The notes: a model not told the origin generated them from the sequence alone. A stretch of 54,979 nucleotides of DNA from an uncultured Thermotogae bacterium (GCA_964523545.1 CAZFZM010000003.1:1661-56639); one strand, 5' to 3'. Shown: positions 1-8,057, counted from the first letter of the stretch. Numbers and translations: made by a program.

Positions 1-126
1 AGGAGGGATCGCGCGACTCGCCCCCCAGGCCGCTACGATTGCTGCGGCGAGTGTGACGACGATGACCCACTTCTGCCGCCAAAGGACACGCAGGTAATCG
101 ATCAACTCGACTTCTCGCTCATCCAT
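1..126 (-). CDS. Wzz-like chain-length determinant, N-terminal part (runs off window edge)
   Basis: Not in ORF track. Manual translation MDEREVELIDYLRVLWRQKWVIVVTLAAAIVAAWGASRAIPP; GGAGAG upstream of ATG; first 14 aa identical to the 379..1170 protein. Confidence 0.85.
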   Translation of the reverse strand, partial: MDEREVELIDYLRVLWRQKWVIVVTLAAAIVAAWGASRAIPP

Positions 127-188
127 CGTTGTTCTCTCCAATCCGCATTCTCCGGGCCCGTCCGCAAGAGTTCCATCGCGTTGCGCCC

Positions 189-194
189 ATTATA
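189..194 (-). promoter_or_regulatory. Possible sigma70 -10 box (TATAAT) for the downstream Wzz-like gene
   Basis: Perfect TATAAT on minus strand about 60 nt upstream of the ATG at 126; -35 is poor (TTCGTC). Confidence 0.35.
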
Positions 195-254
195 TGGATC
201 GCTCTGATGAAGACGAATCGAGGAATGAGACCCCGTCCCGCTGTAGCGGCGGGA

Positions 255-331
255 CTTGTCCCCGACGTTGTCAGGCCGTGCGCCCGACGTTGATCGGAGC
301 TTGTCTCCGACGTTAGCTTGTCGCCAACGTT
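255..331. repeat. Imperfect 15-bp direct repeats CTTGTCnCCrACGTT (3 full + 1 partial)
   Basis: 255-269 cttgtccccgacgtt; 283-291 cccgacgtt; 300-314 cttgtctccgacgtt; 317-331 cttgtcgccaacgtt. Confidence 0.75.
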
Positions 332-378
332 CGAATTGGGCATGAAGATGAACGGCCTCGGGGATACATCTGGCGGCT

Positions 379-1170
379 TCAGCCTGATCCGTACTGTTCC
401 TTCTCAGACGCATGTCGTTCACGAGTGCGAACCTGAAGAAGGTAGTGAACTAAGAACGCGAAGAGCACGCCGACCATCAGGCCGAGGAACCCTGCAACGG
501 CCATCGGTGCAGTGCGCTTCGGTACCGAGACAGTGATTGTTGGCCCGCCAATTGAACGAAGCGTAAAGAGGCTGCTCGCATCGCTCGACTCGAGCGTGCG
601 TAGGCGGACTTGTATCTGGGCAAGCTCCGTCTCGAGCCCAGCGATTCGATTCGCAAGCGCTTCCGATGTCGGAGCATCCGGCGTGGTCCGTTCCTCGGCC
701 AATCGCTGTCGCAGTATCACGAGCTGTGCGGTCAGACTGCTCTCTCGAAACTGCATTTCGGCCGCCAAGTACCCCAGTTCTTCCTCAAGAGCCATTGGCA
801 GTCGCTCGTTCAGGACGTTCTCTGCCTGGGCCAACGCTTCACGCACCGCCTCCATAGATCTTCCGCTGCTCTTCAGCGCGATCCGATCCTCTGTGCGGGT
901 TGCATCGATACCGGATACAGCACGCTTGACCGCCTCCAATGTCGAAGAGATTGCGGTATCCAGGGCGAACGTTGCTCCCCGATCTCCAGCTGCTGCGGCT
1001 GTGACGTACTCACGCAGGAGAATCTCGTTTGCGCCGTTGAACGTTGTCGGCTGGAGGAAGACGAAAAGGGCACTCGACCCGATCGCGACTGCCAAGCACC
1101 CCACAACGATCCACTTACCCCACCACATCACCCGTAGGTAATCGATCAGTTCAACTTCTCTTTCGTCCAT
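379..1170 (-). CDS. Wzz/polysaccharide co-polymerase-like protein
   Basis: N-terminal EVELIDYLRV..W + TM helix, central coiled coil, C-terminal V.PK...GFLGLMVGV TM helix. Confidence 0.8.
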   Translation of the reverse strand: MDEREVELIDYLRVMWWGKWIVVGCLAVAIGSSALFVFLQPTTFNGANEILLREYVTAAAAGDRGATFALDTAISSTLEAVKRAVSGIDATRTEDRIALKSSGRSMEAVREALAQAENVLNERLPMALEEELGYLAAEMQFRESSLTAQLVILRQRLAEERTTPDAPTSEALANRIAGLETELAQIQVRLRTLESSDASSLFTLRSIGGPTITVSVPKRTAPMAVAGFLGLMVGVLFAFLVHYLLQVRTRERHASEKEQYGSG

Positions 1171-1509
1171 CCTTGGGCTTCTCCTTTATCTATGTCAAAC
1201 GAACCACCCGGGCAATGGCCCTCCTGTTGGGGTTCCATTATAGACATCTGACCAGCAACCTCGACCCCTCGGTTCAACGATGTCCGCCCCGTTGAGGTAG
1301 GACTTCACAGGGCAAGCAACGTGGGCTGCTACAGGAGTGTCTCTGATGCGCCGTGGCGTCGTGGATCGTTTCCAACGTTGATGGCCCCTGTGTTCCGATG
1401 CTGCAAAGGCTCATCTGGGCTGGCGGGGCGGTCTTGCGCTAGCTACACTGACTGCCGACCTGGAGTGGTGTGGCAAGCGAATCGTGAGCAACGAAGGAAG
1501 GACGCACGG

Positions 1510-2571
1510 ATGAAGGCAGTGATCCTGTGTGCGGGCGAAGGGGCTCGGATGAGGCCGCTGACCTACTCTCAGCCGAAGCATCTGATCCCGATCGCCAACA
1601 AGCCGGTCATCGAGTGGATTCTCGGCACGATCCTTTCCGCCGGGATCTCAGATGCTGCGATCGTTGTCAGTCCGAGCACCGAATCAGCGTTTCGCGAGGC
1701 CCTGGGAGACGGCGGGAGGTTCGGAGTCGATCTCTCGTACATCGTGCAAGACGAGCCGAAGGGATTGGCGCACGCCGTAGCCTGTGAAGAAGGCTACGGT
1801 GCCGGTGGGCCGTTTCTCCTCTACCTTGGCGACAACCTCTTCGAAGTCGGAGTCCGCGAGCTCGTTGAAGTCTTTCAGAGCGGTGCTTGCAGCGCGGCGA
1901 TCTCGCTTGTGGGGGTTGAGGATCCTCGCCGCTTCGGCGTCGCACGGCTGGAGGGAGGGAGGATCGTCCAGCTCGTCGAGAAGCCGCAGCACCCTCCCAG
2001 TAATCTGGCTGTGGCCGGAGCCTATGTCTTCGACGCGCACATCTTCGAAGCGATTGGCAGCATCCGACCCTCTGAAAGGGGCGAGCTGGAGATCACGGAC
2101 GCGATTCAGGTTCTCATCGATTCCCGGCTGCCTGTGTTCCCGCACGAGGTGGAGGGCTGGTGGAAGGATGTCGGTCGGCCGAGAGACATGCTGATTGCCA
2201 ATGAGCTTCTCGTGGAGCAGCTTGAGCCGTCGATCGTAGGCAGCATCGATGGGGACTCATCGCTCGAGGGGAAGGTCGCCATCGGTCCCGAGACCGCCAT
2301 AGAAAGAAGCACGATCGTGGGGCCGACCGTGATTGGGGCTGGAGCACGAGTCCGGGATGCGTATATCGGTCCGAACGTCTCCTTGGGCGATGGGTGTATC
2401 GTAGAAGCCTGCTGTGTCGAGCACAGCATCCTGATGGGCGGAGCATGTGTGCGGAGTGTCGAACGTGTTGGATGGTCGATCCTGGGACGCGAAGCAGAGG
2501 TAAGGAGAGATAGCAGCAGTGCCCACGTCACGTTGCTGATGGGTGATCGGTGCATCGTGGAGCTACGATGA
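1510..2571 (+). CDS. Glucose-1-phosphate thymidylyltransferase, long form with C-terminal left-handed beta-helix
   Basis: MKAVILCAGEGARMRPLT..PKHLIPIANKP, QDEPKGLAHAV, YLGDN, EKP, RGELEITDAIQ, WWKDVG; hexapeptide tail; start trimmed to ATG 1510. Confidence 0.9.
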   Translation: MKAVILCAGEGARMRPLTYSQPKHLIPIANKPVIEWILGTILSAGISDAAIVVSPSTESAFREALGDGGRFGVDLSYIVQDEPKGLAHAVACEEGYGAGGPFLLYLGDNLFEVGVRELVEVFQSGACSAAISLVGVEDPRRFGVARLEGGRIVQLVEKPQHPPSNLAVAGAYVFDAHIFEAIGSIRPSERGELEITDAIQVLIDSRLPVFPHEVEGWWKDVGRPRDMLIANELLVEQLEPSIVGSIDGDSSLEGKVAIGPETAIERSTIVGPTVIGAGARVRDAYIGPNVSLGDGCIVEACCVEHSILMGGACVRSVERVGWSILGREAEVRRDSSSAHVTLLMGDRCIVELR

Positions 2572-2635
2572 CGGATGCACGACCAAGACATGTCGACTTG
2601 CCTTGCAGGGCCGGTGACGTGCTTCCGAGGAGAAG

Positions 2636-3556
2636 GTGATGTCCAAGACAGGCCTGCTCGTTCCGCTTACGGTGGTGCTCCTTGTTCCATGTCTTGTGCT
2701 GGGAGAGGAGCCGAGTGCCGGCGATGCGGCGCACTTCCTTCGTGACGGGCTCGGTGCCCGCGGGCGGAGCATGGGGAGTGCGTACGTCGCGCTCGCGGAA
2801 GACTTCACGGCACCGTTCTGGAACCCTGCGCTGAGTATCCAGTCGCCGAGTACGGTCGTCGGCGGAGGATTGGAGCACCGCAACAGCGGTCTGTTCGTGT
2901 TCAGCGTTCTCGGCGGTTGGTACGCTTCCGAAACGTGGTCCGCTGGCGTTGTGGTGATGACGTCCGATCTCTACAACGTCTACCAGCTGTCCGGTGGGCT
3001 TCGGTTCGGAGCCGTCGCGCTCGGGCTCGGGGTGAAGGGCTACCGGTTCGGCATTCCCGGAGACAGTGGGACGGGTCTGGGGCTCGACCTCGGAGTCCGA
3101 TGTGCGACCAGACTGGGCGGCTCGATCCTGACGCTGGCTGCCGTGTCGCGTGACATCGGCTGGACGCCGATCCGATGGGGTTCAACGGGGTCTGTCACAG
3201 TCGACCGAACCACCTGGGTGAACCGAATCGGTGTCGCTGTTGCCGTCCCCCTCTCCTGGGGAGAATGGGCGCTCGAGTTGGACGGAGAGCTTGCCATGCG
3301 CCGCCCACCGGAGGAGGACGAATCGGGATACTGGGGACAGGCGGCCGAGGTGAACGTCTCGGTGGGAACGACCTTCCGGTGGCCCGGGCTTCACGTCCGT
3401 GCGGGCGTTCAGCGGTACGACGTGCTCGATTCGGACGCTCGATTCAGGCCGACCGTGGGGGTCGGGATCGTCGCCGGAAGTCTCAGCGTCGACCTCGCCC
3501 TCATCCCGTCGCCCCTCGGGAGCACGTACCTCGGAGGGTTTCAGGTTGCACTGTAA
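2636..3556 (+). CDS. PorV/PorQ (UPF0164, FadL-like) family outer-membrane beta-barrel protein
   Basis: Signal peptide; GLGARGRSMGSAYVALAEDFTAPFWNPA motif; GLGLDLG; amphipathic beta-strands. Confidence 0.75.
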   Translation: MMSKTGLLVPLTVVLLVPCLVLGEEPSAGDAAHFLRDGLGARGRSMGSAYVALAEDFTAPFWNPALSIQSPSTVVGGGLEHRNSGLFVFSVLGGWYASETWSAGVVVMTSDLYNVYQLSGGLRFGAVALGLGVKGYRFGIPGDSGTGLGLDLGVRCATRLGGSILTLAAVSRDIGWTPIRWGSTGSVTVDRTTWVNRIGVAVAVPLSWGEWALELDGELAMRRPPEEDESGYWGQAAEVNVSVGTTFRWPGLHVRAGVQRYDVLDSDARFRPTVGVGIVAGSLSVDLALIPSPLGSTYLGGFQVAL

Positions 3557-3813
3557 GGATTTCGCGTGCGCCTGTGCGCCTCACCCTGGATGAGCGCGTC
3601 ACGTGTAACGGAATGCTAAGCGGAAGCAGACAGGGCTCAGCATTAATTCTGTCATCAGCGCAGTTGCTTGCACCGGGCTGTGCAACGGCCCCTTCCGGCG
3701 GCGCCACGGATGTCGCGCTACCCTCACGAATCAGGGATCGGATGGGGCCTTGCTGGTGTCATCCGAGCCGTGGTATAAGGAGCCATTGGGTGTCGCAAGG
3801 AGGTATCGACGAC

Positions 3814-3957
3814 GTTGCGCGTACAGACATCATGATGTAGCAGAGAGACGTCGCGCGATTTCGTGGATAATCACTCCGGGCCAGCGACGAAGCAGAGGCG
3901 TGTGCCGCGGTGAGGAAGGCGATCGAGGCGTACGTCCTTCACCGTGAAGTGGCCTGA
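3814..3957 (+). pseudogene. Possible decayed small RHH/VapB-like antitoxin gene
   Basis: AAGGAGGT RBS and promoter-like TTGCTG..TGGTATAAG precede VARTDIMM*QRDVARFRG*SLRASDEAEACAAVRKAIEAYVLHREVA* (two internal stops); resemblance is weak. Confidence 0.25.
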
Positions 3958-4118
3958 TCCGCGTTGCGGATGCGTGATTGCCACCATGATGAAAGGGTGT
4001 CCTCTATGCGGCGGACTCAGACGGCTTCAGCGCGGAGTGCCGTTGGCCCAAACGGTACCGTACTGGTTCGAAGGCTCCGTGTATGAGGGTGTGGATCAAA
4101 GAAGGGACGAGGAGACGA

Positions 4119-6062
4119 ATGGTGACGAAGCGCATCGGCTGGATATCACGCATCGCAGCGCTCTTGATCGCGTTTGCCTTCGCATCGATGCTGCTTCCCG
4201 CGAACCTGGCCGGCGACCAGAAAGGAAGCGTTATTGAGGCGGCGAAGTACTACACGGTTGAGCTCGTGGTTGTCGCGGGGGTCCCGCTGCACAAGGTCGG
4301 CATCAACGGACCGCCGGAGCCCCCCGCGGGTCTCGTGAGGGCGACGGCCATGCTGCCCGAGCCCGATCCAGCCGCAGCGATCAATACCCTGTCGAATGTC
4401 CCGACGTTCAACTGGTCCTTCGGGTGCTCGGCGACGTCGGCGGCGATGATCGCGGGCTACTACGACCGAACAGCGTTTCCAAACATGTACGCCGGTCCAA
4501 CCAACGGCGGCGTGATGCCGTTGACCAACAGCCCCTGGTCGGACTGGGTCGACGGCTGCGCGGCGACGCGACACCGATGTCCATTGAGCGCCACACAGAA
4601 CGGACTCGACGGACGGGCGACAAACGGGCACGTCGATGACTACTGGATTTGCTACGGGAATGCCGGGCCGGATCCGTTTATCGGGAGCTGGGCCGAGCAC
4701 ACGTTCGGCGACTGCACCGGCGACTACATGAAGACCAATCAGTCTAATTACGACAATACCGATGGAGAGACAACCTTCTGGTACTACCCGGATGGGACCA
4801 AGTACACAGGAACGACCGCAAGCGATGGGGGGTACGGGTTGGAGCTGTTCTACAACTCGAGGGGCTATTCGGTTGTCGAGAGGTACAACCGTGTACGGCT
4901 GGGCTTCGACTGGGATGGCGCAGGCACCGACTACTCACCAGCGCCCCAGGGTGCCGTGTTTGCCGATTACAAGGCGGAGATCGACGCCGGTCGGCCAGTG
5001 ATGATTCACGTCGTCGGCCACACGATGGTCGGCATCGGATACGACGACTCAACCAACTTGATGTACATCCACGACACGTGGGATTACTCCGTGCATACGA
5101 TGACGTGGGGCGGCGACTACGCTGGGATGGAGCACCTGGGGATCACCATCGTGCGGCTGGCCGAGCCGGAGATTGACGTGCGGGGACTCGGAAACTCCAT
5201 TCCCGACGGGGATACATCCCCCTCAGCGACGGACGACACCGATTTCGGGAGTGTGACCCTCGGGAGCTCACTCTCCCACACGTTCACGATCTATAACACC
5301 GGCGCCGAGACGCTCCTGTTGACCGGCTCGCCGACGGTGCAGATCGTCGGCGCACATGCCGGAGACTTCACGGTCACCGTCCAGCCGGCGAACACCTCGC
5401 TGGCGCCTGCCGAGTCGACGACGTTCACCGTTCGGTTTAGCCCAAGTGCGACGGGTACTCGGACGGCAACGGTCACGGTCGCCAACACCGACCTCAACGA
5501 GAACGCGTATGACTTCACCCTACAAGGTTCTGGTACCCCCTACGGAGAGACGTCTGCCGTGTTTCGAACCACAGCAGGAGGGGACGTCCACGCTGACGGG
5601 ACAGTCTATGCATACGATTTCCAACACGGTGGAGCCGATGTAGCAGAGTGGGTCCAGATCAGCGAACCGGTCGAACCGGGGGATGTCCTCGAGCTCGATC
5701 CGGACAACCCCGGAGCATACCGGAAGACGCGAGGAGGCTGCTCCTCGCTCGTCGCGGGCGTCGTATCGACCGAGCCCGGAGTCGTCCTCGGCTCAGAGGT
5801 GGTGGATTCTCCGGCCAGCTCTTCCCCTCTGAACGTCGCACGTAGAACCTCGCACTCAGCGCTTATGGCGCTCATCGGAATCGTCCCGGTGAGGGCGTGC
5901 GACGAGGGCGGCCCGATCGAGCCGGGCGACCTCCTTGTCACGGCCTCGCGACCCGGATTCGTCAGAAAAGGTGACCCCGAGGAGTGCGCGTTCATCGTCG
6001 GGAAGGCGATGGAGCCGCTTATTGAGAGCGAAGGGTTGATTCTCGTCTTACTGATGATGTGA
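4119..6062 (+). CDS. Exported papain-like (C39/C10-like) cysteine peptidase + choice-of-anchor D Ig domain + C-terminal peptidase-G2-like autochaperone domain
   Basis: Signal peptide; FGCSATSAAM (Cys), GHTMVGIGYD (His), IHDTW (Asp); EPEIDV..DGDTSPS..DDTDFG..HTFTIYNTG..ENAYDFTLQG; ADVAE..PGDVL..GVVSTEPG..GIVPV..GPIEPGDLLV..VGKAM; GAGGAG RBS before ATG 4119. Confidence 0.8.
   Translation: MVTKRIGWISRIAALLIAFAFASMLLPANLAGDQKGSVIEAAKYYTVELVVVAGVPLHKVGINGPPEPPAGLVRATAMLPEPDPAAAINTLSNVPTFNWSFGCSATSAAMIAGYYDRTAFPNMYAGPTNGGVMPLTNSPWSDWVDGCAATRHRCPLSATQNGLDGRATNGHVDDYWICYGNAGPDPFIGSWAEHTFGDCTGDYMKTNQSNYDNTDGETTFWYYPDGTKYTGTTASDGGYGLELFYNSRGYSVVERYNRVRLGFDWDGAGTDYSPAPQGAVFADYKAEIDAGRPVMIHVVGHTMVGIGYDDSTNLMYIHDTWDYSVHTMTWGGDYAGMEHLGITIVRLAEPEIDVRGLGNSIPDGDTSPSATDDTDFGSVTLGSSLSHTFTIYNTGAETLLLTGSPTVQIVGAHAGDFTVTVQPANTSLAPAESTTFTVRFSPSATGTRTATVTVANTDLNENAYDFTLQGSGTPYGETSAVFRTTAGGDVHADGTVYAYDFQHGGADVAEWVQISEPVEPGDVLELDPDNPGAYRKTRGGCSSLVAGVVSTEPGVVLGSEVVDSPASSSPLNVARRTSHSALMALIGIVPVRACDEGGPIEPGDLLVTASRPGFVRKGDPEECAFIVGKAMEPLIESEGLILVLLMM
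5831..5865 (+). repeat. Heptamer array A, inside CDS
   Basis: gaacgtc gcacgta gaacctc gcactca gcgctta; encodes NVARRTSHSAL. Confidence 0.7.
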
Positions 6063-6111
6063 AGGACGGTGGGGTGTTTGCAGTAGGTAGTAGGTGGATG
6101 AGATGAGCCGA

Positions 6112-6146
6112 CAGGTACTACGTTCTAGGTTCCAGGTGCTAGGTTT
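6112..6146 (+). repeat. Heptamer array B (YAGGTKC-type), upstream of four-helix-bundle gene
   Basis: caggtac tacgttc taggttc caggtgc taggttt; also agtaggt x2 at 6082-6095. Confidence 0.85.
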
Positions 6147-6168
6147 AGCGACGCGAGGATAGCGAGCC

Positions 6169-6543
6169 ATGGCCATCGAGCGATTCGAAGACATTGAAGC
6201 ATGGAAAGCGGCCCGTGACTTGGCTGCCCGGATCTATGCAGCAGCGACAAAGGAGCCATTCAACCGGGACTTCGGACTCCGAGACCAAATCCAGCGAGCT
6301 GCGGTATCTGTCATGGCCAACATCGCAGAGGGATTCGATAGCCAGAGCAACAAGGCCTTCATCCAGTTCTTGGGCTACGCCCTCCGTTCTGCGACAGAGC
6401 TTCAGTCCCACCTATACGTTGCTTTAGACCGGGAGTATGTCTCCCAGGATACGTTTGATGACCTCTATCAAGGAGCAGTCACAGTAAAGAGCATCATCCA
6501 CGGGTTCATGCGGTACCTGCGAAACGTCGAACGGAGCGCCTAG
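6169..6543 (+). CDS. Four helix bundle protein (23S rRNA IVS protein / S23 / bAvd-like fold)
   Basis: FEDIEAWKAA..DFGLRDQIQRAAVSVMANIAEGF..FIQFLGYALRSATELQSHLYVALD; 124 aa; GAGGA RBS. Confidence 0.93.
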   Translation: MAIERFEDIEAWKAARDLAARIYAAATKEPFNRDFGLRDQIQRAAVSVMANIAEGFDSQSNKAFIQFLGYALRSATELQSHLYVALDREYVSQDTFDDLYQGAVTVKSIIHGFMRYLRNVERSA

Positions 6544-6617
6544 AACCTTGAACATGGTACTCAGATTGCAGAACAAGGAACGACAGGCCGAACGTAGAAC
6601 GTAGCACCTAGAACGGT
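6522..6617 (+). repeat. Heptamer array C (GAACSTA-type, reverse complement of B), overlapping stop codon and filling the intergenic gap
   Basis: aaacgtc gaacgga gcgccta gaacctt gaacatg gtactca gattgca gaacaag gaacgac (aggcc) gaacgta gaacgta gcaccta gaacggt. Confidence 0.85.
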
Positions 6618-6635
6618 ATGGAAGGAGGCACCGAC

Positions 6636-8057
6636 ATGGCAAGGCTACTAAGAACACGAAGGACGTGGCTGATTGCTCTCGCACTACTGGCTGCGACCAC
6701 GGGAGTGATCGTCTCGCTCCTCGTACTGGCGAGGCCGAGCGACGTCGCCTTCACCGCCACCCTCTATTCGGACGTGATCCGGTTCGAAGCGGACGGCGTC
6801 GCGAGCCTGCGGGTGACGATCTACGACCTGGCGGAGAAGGAGCTGTGGAGTTCAGGGGAGGTCTTCAGCGGCTTCGTCGATTGGGATCGGACCAACGGGC
6901 GAGGCGAGCGCCTGGCGAACGGGTACTACTTGTACCTCGCGCAAGGGTGGGATTCCGACGATCGGCTGGTGCTCAACAAAACGGGGAAGGTCGTGCTGCT
7001 TCCCGAGGATCAAGTGCAACTGAAAGCGACGCCACCTGTTCCGTCTCCGGCGATCAGAGATGGTGACGGATCGGAATTCTCTGGCGATCCGGTGATGGGT
7101 CCAATGGCGGTGATCGGAAGCCTATCGGACACCGGGATCTTCAGCGAAGTTGGCATTGGTACAGACTCCCCATCTCGGCCCTTGCACGTGACCAGTCCCT
7201 CCGGGAACCTGCAGATGATGCTGCAAGGTTCAGGGGGCGTGCACGTGGAACAGCAATTCTACGACTCCGCAACGCTCGCAGGGCGGCTCCTTTACGCAGG
7301 AGGCAATGTACCGGCTGCAAGGTACTTCGGCTTCATATCCTACACCGATCAGTACGGAACGCTATTGCCTGTAAGGTTTTTCACTCCGCGGAACGCAACT
7401 GAGCACAACGAGATGTTGTATCTGGGAGCCGGTGTGAGCCCTGTTACCGCGTTTCGAACGGGCAACGTCGGTATCGGTACAATGCTCGCGCCAGATAAGC
7501 TCACCATCGAGTGTGGCAGCGGGAATGCAATTGCTGTATACCCCGACGGCTCTCGCGCTGCTGCCGCCGCGGTCTTCCGTGTCGAAAGTGACGGGGACGT
7601 CTACGCCGATGGCACGGTCTACTCCTCGACGACCTCGGTCGGCTCGGCGGACGTCGCCGAGCGAATCAACGCGAGCGAGTGGGTCGAGGCGGGAGACGTG
7701 GTCGAGATCGATCCGGATCACGCGGGATTCTTCCAGAAGGCGTCCGAGGCGTACAGCCGTCGTGTAGCAGGGATTATCTCGACATCGCCTGGGGTCATCC
7801 TTGGGAACGACGTCGACCCCACGTCCGACAAGTGGAACGATAATCGCCCGGTTCTCGCGATTGCCGGACGAGTGCCAGTCAAAGCATCAGCGGAGAACGG
7901 GCCGATCGCGGTGGGTGATCTGCTGGTGAGCTCCTCCGTGCCCGGTGTGGCGATGAAGGGCGATCCTGCGAACTCCATTGGCGCGGTCGTCGGAAAGGCG
8001 ATGGGGTCTCTGGATAGCGGTGAAGGGGTGATCATGGCCCAGGTGACTTTGCGCTAG
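6636..8057 (+). CDS. Exported fibre-like protein: N-terminal FlgD-Ig/T9SS-CTD-like domain, VGIGT repeats, C-terminal peptidase-G2-like autochaperone
   Basis: N-terminal hydrophobic helix; LRVTIYDLAEKELWS..WDRTNGRGERLANGYYLY; EVGIGTDSPSRPLHV and GNVGIGT..PDKLTI; SADVAE..AGDVVEID..GIISTSPG..GRVPVKASAENGPIAVGDLLV..VGKAM; GGAGG RBS before ATG 6636. Confidence 0.8.
   Translation: MARLLRTRRTWLIALALLAATTGVIVSLLVLARPSDVAFTATLYSDVIRFEADGVASLRVTIYDLAEKELWSSGEVFSGFVDWDRTNGRGERLANGYYLYLAQGWDSDDRLVLNKTGKVVLLPEDQVQLKATPPVPSPAIRDGDGSEFSGDPVMGPMAVIGSLSDTGIFSEVGIGTDSPSRPLHVTSPSGNLQMMLQGSGGVHVEQQFYDSATLAGRLLYAGGNVPAARYFGFISYTDQYGTLLPVRFFTPRNATEHNEMLYLGAGVSPVTAFRTGNVGIGTMLAPDKLTIECGSGNAIAVYPDGSRAAAAAVFRVESDGDVYADGTVYSSTTSVGSADVAERINASEWVEAGDVVEIDPDHAGFFQKASEAYSRRVAGIISTSPGVILGNDVDPTSDKWNDNRPVLAIAGRVPVKASAENGPIAVGDLLVSSSVPGVAMKGDPANSIGAVVGKAMGSLDSGEGVIMAQVTLR

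Noticed and set aside
255-331. CRISPR array
   Set aside because: Repeats are only 15 bp, spacing is irregular and too short, and there are no cas genes
6063-6635. 23S rRNA with intervening sequence
   Set aside because: The flanks are protein-coding genes and no rRNA-like sequence was recognised
4119-8057. Diversity-generating retroelement (Avd-like gene between two genes with similar 3' ends)
   Set aside because: No reverse transcriptase in the window, and differences between the two 3' regions are general divergence rather than adenine-specific TR/VR changes
4119-8057. Prophage tail genes
   Set aside because: Both proteins have export signals, and no capsid, terminase, integrase or other phage genes are nearby
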